Source of the DNA: Malacoraja senta
Taxonomy: Eukaryota
Length of the DNA stretch: 64,000 nucleotides
Assembly: GCA_038087875.1 (NCBI GenBank)
Contig: JAXLNO010000700.1
Span: 62,001 to 126,000 of the forward strand
Direction of reading: 5' to 3'
Below, in pieces: positions 24,101 to 37,030 of the stretch. A model generated the notes under the pieces. The model was not told the DNA's origin, did no database searches, and saw only the letters and a program-made list of their open reading frames with translations. Position numbers and translations under genes: made by a program. The stretch's first letter is position 1. Each line of letters begins with the position of its first letter.

Positions 24101-27005
24101 AGTTGGCTGTTCATCTGATCCAAAGATGAAGATACACAAGTCGTCTCAGATTGATTGTGCGGCACAAAATCTTCAATAACTCTCTTTCTAGAGTTTGGCA
24201 AATAATTGAGTTGTTTCTTTTTATAGTCCTTCACATACATAGGAGACACTTGGTACATTACTCTACTTGAAATAATTGGAGTACTGATTTCAGATTTCAA
24301 ACTTTGCAAATTGCTGAGAATTTTTCTGTCCCCAATGATACCACTATTGCTTAGACAGTGATCCTGCGACTTGGATGTATTATCTGAAAGGGCCATCTGT
24401 TTAGAAACTGGATTTGGTGATGAAGGAGCAACATCAGCGATGGAATAATCAGGTTGTTCGTTTTCTTTAGTAAGGCCTCCAATCTTGGTGTTGGATTCCC
24501 AATTCTGATGTGTACTTTCAGTATCACATTGAACACTAGAAGAAGCATTCAAACTAGATGGAGTGTCTCGTAGCAAAACAACAGTATAGTTCTCAGAGAG
24601 GCAATCTTCCAAAATTTCGTTAGAGCATGACTTTACTGGGGAATGAAACAGCAGGTTGTGGCTATTTGTAGGAGATGGCTGACCAGTAAGCGTATCTTGT
24701 AATAAAAATAGATTATTTTCAGGTGGATAATTCACTACACTTTTAGGACATGTGGTAATATTATCACCAAGCTGGAGATTAGCTTGAGACTTCATTTGGC
24801 TGCTATCCACACTCTCTGCAAGAATGCACGGGCCAAATACTGAATTTTCTGATGTTAGCTTACTGCTTGTTTCAGATCTTTCCTTTGTTAAAACGTCTTT
24901 GCCTCTATCTAGTGTGGGATCTTGCCTCAATTGTGCTTTAGTTACAGGGGACTGTTGAGCTATTACTGTTTCTGGCAAGGCTTCGCAGCTGTCTTGCTGT
25001 GCAACATTGCTGATTCCACCAGTAGGGTAGCGTTTGGATAACTTGACTTCATTGGTATGTATGTAAACTGTAGACTGGCATTGTGTCATTGCATCTGACT
25101 GTGGTGTGCTGGCCTTTACTATATGATAGTTTCGCATATTATCAACATCAGGAATGTCTGTTAAAATACTACTGATCTTATGTGGTGGCATATTCTGCAA
25201 AGTATTTTTCATATCATTTTTAATATCCAAAAGACGTGCTTTTGTCGCATCTGGTAACACAAGTACATGGTTGGCTTCAGATTTACACCGAAGCCTGTCT
25301 GCAGTTAACCTATCACTCCTTACTGATAGTTCCACCATCTGGTACTTGTATCTGAGAACTTTAGATGATGTAATGATAGACAATGGTTTATCAATTTCCA
25401 TGTTATTGTTAGATGATGATCTTTGGTTACAAAACACTTGTTTCTCATGTTTTGGAGATTGTGTTGCTCTCATTTCAATTACATAACTTGTTCCCGATTC
25501 ATTTTGTAAAATATTATTCACACTTTCTATGCTGACATCATCAGATTTCAAAGGATTACCCCGTATTGCATTATTATAGCTAGAATGTACAATAGAACTT
25601 GAATGTTGGGATGCATTTTCTGGACCTGCTGGAAGTTTGTGACCAATGTCAGGTTTGGCATTTTGTAAATAATCATTATCAGCCCTGTGCAGGGCTGCAC
25701 CTATTTTGTTTGATGCACGTATTGGTACCACATCTGTGTCCCGGTCACACGTAGGCAGTTGTGAACCAATTACCTGGATTGATAGTGAAGAATTGCTTCT
25801 TCCCTCGACCTTGCAGGTTTGTTTTTTATCATCCGACAATGGAGCGTCAGCATTTTTTGTCGTGGCAGTTTTCATTCTCGTTTTACTCAAAGCAAGCATA
25901 ATTACTGAACGGGCTTCTGCATTTGGGTTTGAAAACAATTCGGTCCTTTCTTGTTCATGTCCATGGTGTTGCAAACCATCATTGTTATGTTTTACCGGTG
26001 TAACTATGATTGTGTCATCTGTCCCCGGGTACTGTTGCCTCTTTCTGCTATTGATCGTTATACGTGAAGTAGCTCTAGCTTGACAGTGTTGATTCCGTAG
26101 TGAAAGAGATATACCAGGTTTAAGTTGACTGATTTGTAAAGAATCACTGACAATGTCACTTTTAGAACTGACATTATTGTGATTTAGTGCATTAACATTG
26201 CTCCTGCTGTTAGTATATGTGGAAAGCAGAGGGTGTGGAATACATACTGGAACAGCTGATGAAGCTGGAAGGATGGCTTCAGATTTACTGCCTTCGATTA
26301 GGAGAGCATTGTCAGTTTTTTGAGAAGTGTCAAGTAAATTATCTGACCAATTTTGCTGTAGCACATGCATATTACCAATATTGTGGCTTCTTTGTCCTGA
26401 CATTGAGCTGAATGGCACAGTCTCACTGGTTGAATCACTTTCATTTCTCTGTGAAGGTTCACAAATATTGTTTGATGAATATTTTTTCAGACTGTTGGAA
26501 ATATCTGGAAGAATCTGTGATTCAACCAGGAGATCAAACAATGTTCTTTTCATTACGCATTTGCTCTTCAACAAATAACAATCGGAATTTGATCTTGTTG
26601 GAACATCATGCCCATTGGTTATTTGATGATCCTGAAGCTCATTTTGGGGATGAATAATAGATGAGAGGCCGGTTTTTAGATCTGATGACAATCCATTGTC
26701 TGCTTTGTAATGATCCAACTCAACACGAGTACAAACATTTCCTTGTTGCTCATCAGCAAGAACATCACGTGCCTGAGAAGTGTGCCTCACATCTTTTTTG
26801 TTACATCCAACGATGAGTGATGTTTTCTGAGTGCTTTCACTTAACTTGCCAGCATTCATTTTATTGTCATTTCTGCATACTCTTGCTTGGCCATCTTCTG
26901 CGTGACTTTTTACTCCATCCTCATCCCTGGTATTTTTCTGTAACACTGAAGTGCTTACATTTTCCATTGACGTAATTTTCCATGACCCATGTTCATCAAC
27001 AGCAA
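15175..27005 (-). CDS. EXPH5: Exophilin-5 (Slac2-b) coding exon 6, giant terminal exon (11,831 nt)
   Basis: Acceptor TTATTATTTTCTAG|TT (phase 1) is in frame with the long ORF. Ser/Thr/Asn-rich and probably disordered. The C-terminus SETDSDTTTDDEYFLDCNETAKESAL matches the EXPH5 C-terminal SDTTTDDEYYLD..KESEL motif as I recall it. No C2 domains. Confidence 0.9.
17000..23276 (-). repeat. In-frame coding higher-order tandem repeat (A 891 bp + B 1215 bp) x ~3
   Basis: The anchor GGCCTTCTGTA occurs at 23223, 22332, 21117, 20226, 19011 and 18120 (spacings 891/1215/891/1215/891). Antisense ORFs recur at exactly 2106 bp. Confidence 0.95.
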
Positions 27006-27653
27006 CTAGAAAATAATAATAAAAAACATTGATAATCAAATAATAGGACATCTTCTGGCATTCTTCACCCCCCCCCCCCTCCCACCCCCTGCAATCAGTC
27101 TGAAGGAGAGTCCCGACCCGAAACATCAACTATCCATGTTCCCCAGGGATGCTGCCTGACCCACCGAGTTACTCCTTTCCTTGCTAATCCATCATCTGCA
27201 ATACCTTATGTAGATTGGTTATTGCATGTGAACCAATCAGAGTAATGTACTACCACTAACTCCACCCTATTGAACACTTTATATTAACATTCACTTCCTA
27301 TATTACGTAGTCACACCAGTGGTAGAGTGGAACTAACATGTATTGTACTGTGCCATTATGACTGATGATTAAAGCTGACTTAAACACCAGACAGTGTCTG
27401 TACAGTTGTTTACACCTTATTTCTATACTAGGAAATCTGTACTGGATGTGCAGGGCACTTTTACCCACAACAGGACTAAATGCCAGATCCCACGGGTATG
27501 AATCACAAACTACCACAAGTAAGATTACAGCTGGCATAGAGATTAGATCAAGAATTCCAATTATCTTCTTGGCAAATGAATAAAGTGGATTAAGGAAACA
27601 ATTTAAAAAAAATACATAATAGATTTAGAATATCAAAGCTGCTTTTTACTTAC

Positions 27654-27786
27654 CATTGCTGGTCTTTGTTTCTGAGTCTTGGCCAAGTACTTTAGGTTGT
27701 TCATTATTAAGAACGTATTTACAGATGTCACGATACACGTACACTTTTCTTTTCACATGGGGGACTGTTGCTACCTTCAAGTGTAC
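27654..27786 (-). CDS. EXPH5: Exophilin-5 coding exon 5 (VHLKVATVPH...SETKTSN)
   Basis: CCTCAG|GTA...AATG|GTAAGT. 133 nt, open, phase 0 to 1, joins exon 6 in frame. Confidence 0.8.
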
Positions 27787-27837
27787 CTGAGGTAAATTAT
27801 GTTCTCTTGATTAATGCAGCTTATTTGTAGAATTAAC

Positions 27838-27880
27838 AGAATAAATGACAGAATAAATGACAGAATAAATGACAGAATAA
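27838..27880. repeat. (AGAATAAATGAC)n 12-bp tandem repeat
   Basis: About 3.5 perfect copies. Confidence 0.9.
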
Positions 27881-28340
27881 GTACACTGAAAATGGTCTAG
27901 ATTGGCTGTGTCTAGCATAGTGTTGATGGTATGCAAAACTACAAATCTGCAAAGGCCAACACACCATAGTCAGGCGGAATGATACAGTTTATCCAGTCTA
28001 CAATTTTACATAGAACAGTACAGCACAAGAACAGGCCCTTCAGTCGACAACAGTGCCAAACATGATGGCAAGACCAACTCTTATTTGTCTACAAATAATC
28101 CCTCCATTTCCTGCATATACATAGGCCCATTTCAAAAGTTTCTTAAATGCAACTATCGTATCCGCCCCAACCACCACCCCAGGCAATGTGTTCCATCACT
28201 CACCATCCTCTCTGTAAAATACTTGTTCGTTAAATGTTGCCCCTTTCACATTGAAGCTATGTTCTCTAGAATTAGATTTTTCCATCCTGGGTAATAGTTC
28301 TGAACATCTACCCCATCTATACCTTTCAGAATTTTATATA

Positions 28341-29404
28341 CCGTATTTCCTGACAACGAAGACACACCTGCGTCGAGGACGCACCCCCATTTTGAGTTGC
28401 TAAATTTTGAAAAAAGGCTGGCGGAACAGGATCAAGGGTTTGGTTCAAGGAGGCAATGAGGACCGGGGAGCCTCCATCCTCGCCTGTCCCACAATGCGCT
28501 GTGCGGTTCAGGTCTGAGCGACGGGGACTTCCTGGCTCAGGGAGATCACATAACGGGGAGAATGAGGGTGAGCCCGGGATGGAGCAGCCAGCCATCTGCT
28601 CAGTAGCTACCCGCCAACCACCACCTCCACCGGTTGGGCCTGTGCCGAAGGACACCGTGGCTGGCTGGCGGGCGGGTCGGCAGAAGGCGTGAAGTGGCGC
28701 CTGGTTTTGCTGTCTGGTCCCGGCAGCCACTCGCAGCCACCCGAGCTACTTCCCTCCCCGGCCACAATGCAGTGGCTCTGCACCCGGAGCACTGCGGCAG
28801 CAGTGAGTGAGTTGCTGGCATGATCCCTGACCCCCTCCTTCTCAACACTCCTGCCCTCCCCGCAACTTTACCCCTGGCGGCCCAGCCAAGTTTGCTACTT
28901 TGTGCAACCAGGCTGTGCTAACCCGGGCCAGACTCCCCACACGCTGTGAAAGGAACTGTCCTTTTACAGCCGCTTCCCACCACACAGTTCCAGGGTCGAA
29001 GGCGTGGCAGGTTCCGCAGAGCAGTTGCTACGAGAGTGGCATAGCTCGGCCAACTCTACTCCAGCGGATAGCCACTGTCCCTGCTGCCCCGGCGGAAAGC
29101 TGCTCCGTCTTCCCGCTCTGGGGGCCGGACCCGAGTCCTGGTAGAATGTCGCCATCAGCAAAGTGTCTGCAAGGGTAACACCGGACCTAGCCAGAGCCAG
29201 AGAATGTAAATCAGCTGCCAGCAATGAGGGATGGACTTGGCTATCCCTCAATACAGCAACATCGCTCTTGTTGTTGCTGTACTAAGTGATAGCCAAGTCC
29301 ATCTTTCTTGGCAAACAACCTAACCTTCGGCCTCCAAGCCGCAGGTAAATTTTCGGGCCTTATTTTCGGGTAAAAAATATCATCTTCGACGCCGGGAAAT
29401 ACGG
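28341..29404. mobile_element. Tc2/pogo-type non-autonomous DNA transposon nested in a CR1 fragment
   Basis: TA|CCGTATTTCC...GGAAATACGG(G)|TA termini. The flanks (~28010-28340 and ~29407-29500) are contiguous minus-strand CR1 sequence. Confidence 0.65.
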
Positions 29405-30994
29405 GTACTTCTATCAGTTCTCCCCACAACTTCTGGTATTCCTGAGAAAACAATCCAAGTCTGACCAACCTCTTCCTAATACCCCCTAATCCAGACATCA
29501 TTGGTAAAAGCAAGCAGTTACAAGAATTTGAAGAATTTAATGCACCTAAGTCTCTACACTTGTCTTTTTTCATTTAACACATGGCTAAACACAAATAAAT
29601 AATCTATTTCCTTTAATTTGGTCACCGTCAAGACTGGATAATAGTAAACTTTTACTAAAATAGTAAAATCATAAAGAAGAGATTGAAAAGATGGAACACC
29701 ACACTGATCTTTTTTTCTGTGGCTTTACTAGATAATTAAGGCTTTCCTGGGCATAAATTGGATACAACTAGGCTAAAAGTTTGCAGATGACCTTGGTTAC
29801 TTGTAAAATGCCTCACAACAAAATTGTGTTGAGAATGTTAGAAGGTTGCTTAAAATATGCATTAGTTTCTGTAATTGTGCATATATGTGGTCTAACATAG
29901 TTGGTTTAGGTTCTCTCAAAGGAATTTGGATTTGATGGACAGGACTGGCATTGTGTCTGCTCCACTCAAAATCATTCAGCCATCCTTGCAGTGGCAAAGT
30001 TCTTTATTAACCATTTTGCTGTAAAACTCATAAATATGAATTGGTTGTTGTGGGATATGGTCCAGGGCACTCAGATCAAGAGCAGAGTTGAAATGGTCCT
30101 TGAAGTGTTCCATTCAGAAGGCATTGACTGCCTCACGTCCCTGATAAGTTAATTCCCTTTTTTGGCTCTCAGTGGGAGAGGGCTTTTGATCACAAATTGC
30201 TTTTACAGCCTCATCGCGACACATCAGCAAGTTGCTGAGCCTCTGGGCTCTCTCGATCCACCACCTGTTAGGTCACATGTTTTTATTGCTGGATCTCTTC
30301 AGGTGGCTGTACAGCTGTTTCTATTAAGGACACAAATTGCTGGAGTAGCTCAGCAGATCAGGCAGCATTCCTAGAGAACATGGATAGATAATGTTTCAGG
30401 TCGGGACCCTTCTTCAGATGTTTCCCCAAATCATGTTCTCCGGAGATGCTGTCCAAACCGCTGAGCTACTCCAACACATTGTGTCCTTTTTTGTAACCAA
30501 CCATCTGCAGTTCCAGGTTTCTACATCGGTTTCTATTCCCTTGAGGAAATGTGGACTTCTGAACCAGGAACACATTATGTTTGCAGCTAATTAGTTACTG
30601 AATCACCTCATCATTCTCGTTAAACTAGTCCTGCTTTGCCAAGTCTGAAGAAGGGTTTCGGCCCCAAACATTGCCTATTTCCTTCGCTCCATAGATGCTG
30701 CCTCACCCGCTGAGTTTCTCCAGCATTTTTGTCTGCCAAACGTCTCTTTCAGGTTGAACTTCAGGGTAGACTTCAAGTTGGGAGCTGACAAGTCACCTGG
30801 TTTTTAGAACACGACCAGGAGGCAAGCAAGTCAATACATTTAAAAATAAATGTATAAACTTGCTTTGGAGCTGTGGCATGCAAAGATCTAATTCTGTGCC
30901 AGCCCTAGGCACCTCAGCCTACTGTTAGCATAATTTGAATTAATTTCATTCCAATGCATCGGGACATTACAGGAAAAGGAAAATAGGACAGAGA

Positions 30995-31915
30995 AACATA
31001 GAAAATAGGTGGAGTAGGCCATTCGGCCCTTCGAGCCAGCACAGCCATTCAATATGATCATGACTGATCATTCACAATCAGTACATCATTCCTGCTTTCC
31101 CCCCCATATCCCTTGATTCAATTAGCCCCAGGAGCTAAATCTAACGCTCTCTTGAAAACATTCCAGTGAATTGGCCTCCACAGCCTTCTGTGGCAGAGAA
31201 TTCCACAGATTCACAACTCTCTGGATGAAAACGTTTTTCCTCATCTCAGTCCTAAATGGCCTACCCCTTATTCTTAAACTGTGACCCCCGGTTCTGGACT
31301 CCCCCAACATGGGGAGCATTTTTCCTGCATCTAGCCTGTCCAATCCCATAAGAATTTTATATGTTTCTATAAGATTCCCTCTCATCCTTCTAAATTCCAG
31401 TGAATACATGCCCAGTCGACCCATTGTTTCATCATATGTCAGTCCCACCATTCTGGGAATTAACCTGGTGAACCTACACGGCACACCTTCAATAGCAAGA
31501 ATGTCCTTCCTCAAATTATGAGACCAAAAATAAACACAATACTCCAGGTGTGGTCTCACCAGGGCCCTGTACAACTGCAGTAGAACCTCCTTGTTTCTAA
31601 ACTCAAATCCTATTGCAATGAAGGCCAACATGCCATTAGCTTTCTTCACTGCCTGCTGTACCTGCATGCTTACTTTCAGTGACTGATGTACAAGGACACC
31701 CAGGTCTTGTTGCACCTCCCCATTTCCTAATCGGACACCATTCAGATAATAATCTGGCTTCCCGTTCTTGCCACCAAAGTGGATAACCTCACATTTATCC
31801 ACATTATACTGCATCTGCCCACTCACCCAACCTATCCAAGTCACCCTGCAGCCTCACAGCATCCTCCTCGGAGCTCACAATGCCACCCAGCCAGGTGTTA
31901 TCCGCAAACTTGGAG
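30995..31915 (-). mobile_element. CR1-clade LINE 3' fragment (RT C-terminus and 3' UTR)
   Basis: ORF 31122-31844: QMQYNVDKCEVIHFG...LYRALVRPHLEYCV...QRVVNLWNSLP. Confidence 0.92.
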
Positions 31916-32087
31916 ATATATTACATTTAATTCCCTTGACCGTAGACCTCATATCTACTCAGTGGGAGGATATGATTAAGCATAACTAGTTTAGGTATTT
32001 TCAATTATATGTGATTTTGTCTTTAGTTACAAAGTACATTCTTAAGTCACCAAAATCAAAAATGAACACGGTATCGGTATAAACCAA

Positions 32088-32516
32088 AGAACTCCTCTCT
32101 CTTGATGAGATTTCTGCAACATCCTCCATCTCTCCACAACGTCTATATCTCCCATTTCCCTTATCCCTAACCAGTCTGAAGAAGCGTCACCCATTCCTTC
32201 TCTCCAGAGATGCCGCCCGTCCCGCTGAGTTACTCCAGCTTTTTGTGTCTATCTTCAGTTTAAACCAGCTTCTGCAGTTCCTTCCTACACATTTCATCGG
32301 CTCCACTGCAAAATCTCAAGGTATGTCGACTTTGAAGAAGTTCTCCTCTGTCTGACGAGAGTTCTGCAACATCCTCTATCTCTCCACATCATAGTCTATA
32401 TCTCGTTTCCCTTATCCCTAACCAGTCTGAAGGGTCTCGACCTGAAACGTCACCCATTCCTTCTCTCCAGAGAAGTTGCCCGTCCCGCTGAGTTACTCCA
32501 GCTTTTTGTGTCTCTA
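32088..32516 (+). repeat. Tandem ~250-bp duplication containing two Penelope pLTR ends
   Basis: TTCCCTTATCCCTAACCAGTCTGAAG...GTCCCGCTGAGTTACTCCAGCTTTTTGTGTCT is present twice. Confidence 0.75.
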
Positions 32517-33201
32517 TGGTATTGGCTCAGATTCTTAAATCAGATCTTAATAAATGTGTTGACTCTTTTACATGGAGTTATATACAGGGAGTTTTACAGA
32601 TATCTGGTTACACAAAAAGGTATTGAAAATTGACAAGACATTATGTGCAAGATTTTGCATACACGATCTACACAAAACAAGGCTCCAGTCTCCAATCAAG
32701 CCACACGTTTGTTATCTGTGAAAGCATCATCGTAGGCTGGATAATTTGATTGAGCTGGAGTTTTCTATTCATTTCCACCACGAACTGGCGGCAAACATCC
32801 TGGATTTCACAAGGAGGATTATTTCTCCTTAGAAATTGTTACCCATACTATTTATTTTGCGCAAGAATATATGCAAATTCCACAGAGTAAACTAATTGCC
32901 TACATTCATAAAATCATCACATTCTAACAATGTATCTGAAGCTTTAACCATTTAATAAAGTTGAGGCCTAAATTTTTTGAAAAGAGATTAAGAGTACAGG
33001 TGTCAGAGGTTATAGGGAGAAGGCAGGAGAATGGGGTTAGGAGGGAGAGATAGATCAGCCATGATTGAATGGCGTAGACTTGATGGGCTGAATGGCCTAA
33101 TTCTACTCCTATTCCTTATGACATTATGAGAAAAAATCCATTACTGCTGCTTTTGTTAAAGGGTGACCAGAAGGATCCCCTGTCTATTGCTTTGTTCTCG
33201 C

Positions 33202-33637
33202 CAGTGCTTCCACTCCTCAAAAAAATGTTCCTGAAATAGAATTCCAAATTACCTGGAATTTGATGGTATTTCCCGCGCGGATATCAGGGCCACTGCACAT
33301 GCGCGGGGAAATGGTGTCCCTACCTCGTCACAGGCGCCATTTTCAATTGTGACGCGGCTGATGGGCCTCCCCCAACTGCGCAGGCGTGGATAGTCGTGAA
33401 TATACAGGTACATACTTTTTTTCAGCAAATCATTCAGCGGGCCTGATTGGACCCCGCACGTGCGCAGTGGGACCGGTATCCGCTCGTGCGCAGCTGGGCC
33501 GGCAGTCACACATGCGCAGTTGGGGAGGCTTACCGGGACCGGGAAATTTCCCGAAATTATTTAATTTCCCTAAAACTACCCGAGGACAACCAGAATTTCC
33601 CGAATTTCAGGTAATTTCCTTCAAAGTGGAAACACTG
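33202..33637. mobile_element. hAT-type MITE (436 bp)
   Basis: TIRs CAGTGCTTCCACT / AGTGGAAACACTG. Perfect 8-bp TSD GTTCTCGC (33194-33201 and 33638-33645). Confidence 0.88.
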
Positions 33638-33981
33638 GTTCTCGCGCTGGGCATTCATGAGGAGGCATGGATGCCAACAGTAAACATTTATACAGAAAAT
33701 GTCTTGCCTATTATTAAGATCATTCATTTCTTTGATTTTGCTGTATATCTTTTACAATTGGGCCCGTTTGATGTGGAATTCTTGTGGTTGTTTGGTAGTG
33801 TCCACGGACATATTTCCCAAATTGTTTCTCCACATATTAATGAATAGGGAATGATATTCTTTCTACACTCTGGCAAGCAAAGATAAATAAACTGAAAAAT
33901 CCAGATTCAATTAGGAATTAATACTTGATATTAAAGAATATAATGGGAATGAAATGGATATGTTGCATTGAAGATAAGAGA

Positions 33982-34052
<71 letters not shown>
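33982..34052. repeat. (TA)n(TG)n(TA)n compound microsatellite
   Basis: Read directly from the sequence. Confidence 0.95.
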
Positions 34053-34058
<6 letters not shown>

Positions 34059-34147
34059 GGAGGGGGGAAGAGAGAACATATTGAAAAATTCACAACACTG
34101 AAACGTGTCTTCCTTAACTGAAATACATTGCTATAATAAACACTTAC

Positions 34148-34205
34148 ATCGATTTGCTGTAACATAGCTGGCGATTCTAATTGTAACGATTTGTAGTTAC
34201 TGCAC
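34148..34205 (-). CDS. EXPH5: Exophilin-5 coding exon 4 (CSNYKSLQLESPAMLQQID)
   Basis: TTTTAATAG|G...GAT|GTAAGT. 58 nt, phase 2 to 0, exactly bridges exons 3 and 5. Confidence 0.75.
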
Positions 34206-34903
34206 CTATTAAAATGAATGCGATGTGATTAGTAAAGAACGGACTTGAAAAAGACTGCAGATGCTGCAAATTTTAAATAAAACTAGAGAATGCTGAAAAT
34301 ACTCAGCATGTCAGGCAGCATCCGAGGGGAGAGTGATAAACAGACGTTGAGGTCTATTACCTCTAAAGAGCATTGACCTGAAATATTAACTCTACTTCTC
34401 TCACTACCTTTCCCATCCTGAGGAAATACCAAACCATTTCACAGGCAAGCAACGACTTGGAAATGATGGCCCTGTTGTTACTTGGCAAATATGGCAGCTG
34501 AATTAAATGGGAAAAAATGGTCCCATGAGCAGCAAGTTTAACTGATAACCAATTCCTCCAATGCACCAATGTTGGTGGCAAAGGATAAATGATGTAATGA
34601 TGCAAAAGGTAAACACTGCTGCACCATTGTGCTACCCCTTTATGGTTGTGGGGAGTGGGATGGGGAACCTGAGCATCTGCAGGAAACCGTAATCACAGGG
34701 AGAAAATGTAAACTCCACAAAGACTGAACCAGAGGTCAGGATTGAAACTGGGTCATTGGAGCTGGGACGGTGCACTGTCATGCTATCTGTCTCCTCCTGG
34801 ATGTGGTTTGAATAAATCTAATATTTTTAATTTAATTTTAAAGGTTTGGCTATTTTACAGAACTAATAAGACTGGAAATACACAATGCATAAGTTAAACT
34901 CAC

Positions 34904-35084
34904 CGATCTTTTTCTAAGAGCAACTCTGCTTTGTGTCTGTCAGATTCAGAAGCAGCAGCAACAGGCTTGGAAACAGGATCTCCACTTTCATCACCTTTGG
35001 AGTTACCCGAAGACTTCATATCACTGCTTACATTTTTTACCTGTGGACAGTTTTTTGATCGTGTGAGCTTCGAGTCAGTTGAAG
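34904..35084 (-). CDS. EXPH5: Exophilin-5 coding exon 3 (STDSKLTRSKN...LLLEKD)
   Basis: GCATTTCCAG|CT...GATCG|GTGAGT. 181 nt, open, phase 1 to 2. TRSKN resembles mammalian SRSKN. Confidence 0.8.
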
Positions 35085-36504
35085 CTGGAAATGCACAAGT
35101 ACAGCGGAGTTTAAGGATGCTTTCAAGAGAGAGTTAGATAGAGCTCTTAAAGATAGCAGAGTCAAGGGATATGGGGAGAAGGCAGTAATGGGGAACTGAT
35201 TATGGATGATCAGCCATGATCACAGTGAATGGCGGTACTGGCTCGAAGGGCTGAATGGCTTACTCCTGCACCTGTTGTCTATTAAAAAACTAACCTGATT
35301 TTTTTTAACGGTAGATTCTACCTGAATATTGAGGCTCAGCGGACAGGCTGCCGAGAGCAAACAGGAACCCGGCAGAAGGCCACGGAAAACAAAGAGGGAC
35401 CTGGCAGGGGGACACCTACAACCATGTGTGGCGGCAGGCCTGGTTCGCCACTGTGAGAAGATAAGATTGTACTAAGAAATCTTGACATTTTGCGGAGCCA
35501 GAAATGCGACGACTGTTTGTACACTAGCTGGGTGAAGTCTGCTGTAAGATTTTACCAGATTGAATGCAAAAAAACAAAGAATTTCACTGTACCAAGGCAC
35601 ATGTGACAATAAAGTGTAATTGAACCTGATTTCTGGAATCCCTCTCGCTACACTGTGCCCTTCACTGATTCCACCATTTGCAGTATTTTGTCTTCTCCAC
35701 TTATTACCTCCAGCTTGGTTACAATCACCAAGTTTCTCTCCCCTACCTAACTCATCTGCCAATCTACTTCTCCTTACTTGGATCCGCTTGTCAACTCTTG
35801 TCCCACCCCTTCCACTCAGCCCTTTCTACCAGCTATCTCCCCTCTATTTCATCAGTTTGACGAAGAGTGTTGATCTAAACATGTAGTCTGCTCATTAAGT
35901 TCCACAGATGCTGCTGACCCACCGAGTTCCTCCAGCAGTTTGCTTTTTGCTCAAGATTCCAACATCTACAGTGTCTAAGGTGTCCAGATGTTTTGTTCGC
36001 TCTGCTCCCACCATTTAAACACTACTCAATTTGATTTGATGAAGCAGCAATAAGCTTGATTATGAATTGGGGAATGGCATGGTAATGGGAATAAGAGCAA
36101 CAATAAATAAAGCTTGACTAATTTAATCTAGATAGGTCAGCTATTAAAATGGTGGAATGATGCCCTACTTTCATAGGCAAAAAGACACCAGGCATAGACA
36201 ATTTAAAATATAAAAATAAAAAAAATAAGATTGAAATGGCTAGGGTAAAAAAATATAAAAATCAGGTTCAATGGGCAACTGTTAAGACTGGAAGTTGATT
36301 ACTCAATGAGCATAGGAACTCCTGGAATTAAATTAAGTTTTTCTGCCTGAACTAATCAGGCTTCCCTCTGCACAAACCTATTAACACTGCAGGCCACGCC
36401 GTTCACACATTCCAACCCTTAATGATGCTTTTTTTCATTTTCATATTTTGCCCTTATTATCGCTTTACTTCATTATGCTAAAACTCATTTAGCTATACAT
36501 CTCC

Positions 36505-37030
36505 AGGTTGCCAAACACTAACTTCCCTTCCCTTTCCCCTACTGACTTTTCTGTCCTGGGCCTCCTCCACTGTCAGAGTGAGGCCAAACGCAAATTGGAG
36601 GAACGCCTCATATTTTGCTTGGGCAGCTTACAACCCAACAGTATGTATATTGATTTCTCAAATTTCAAGCAATCCCTGCATCCCCTCTCTCTCCGTCCTT
36701 CTCCACCCTAGTCGTCATACTAGTTTCACTGTTTGTATCTACTTGTTATCAGTGATAACCACAGCCAAAAATGGACCATTGCGGTCTCCATCTTTCCTTA
36801 TACATCATTGCTGGCTTTGCTTTGTCCTTTTGCATACCTTTCATTCATTTGTGCTATGTACCTTTTCATATCTCTCGGTTTCCACTCCCCTGACTCAAGT
36901 CTGAGGGTCTCAACTCAAAATGTCACCTATTCCTTTTCTCCAGAGAGGCTGCCTGATCCGCTCGAGTTACTCCAGCTTTTTGTGTTTATCTTCAGTGTAA
37001 ACCAGCATCTGCAGTCCCTTCCTATACAAA
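36505..37030 (+). mobile_element. Penelope 3' fragment (GIY-YIG C-terminus plus pLTR)
   Basis: DFSVLGLLHCQSEAKRKLEE.LIFCLGSLQP followed by the pLTR end. Confidence 0.8.

Noticed and set aside
17597..26657. Repeated plus-strand ORFs opposite EXPH5 exon 6
   Set aside because: Antisense shadows of the coding repeat with no independent signals.
27006..27129. First ~41 codons of the 3984-aa ORF (MMFRVGTLLQ...)
   Set aside because: Intronic. It starts inside a pLTR repeat and runs through the polypyrimidine tract; the true exon begins at the AG acceptor, 27005.
33640..33870. Candidate extra EXPH5 exon after a strong-looking acceptor
   Set aside because: All frames hit stops or lack a compatible donor, and exons 4 and 5 already join in phase.
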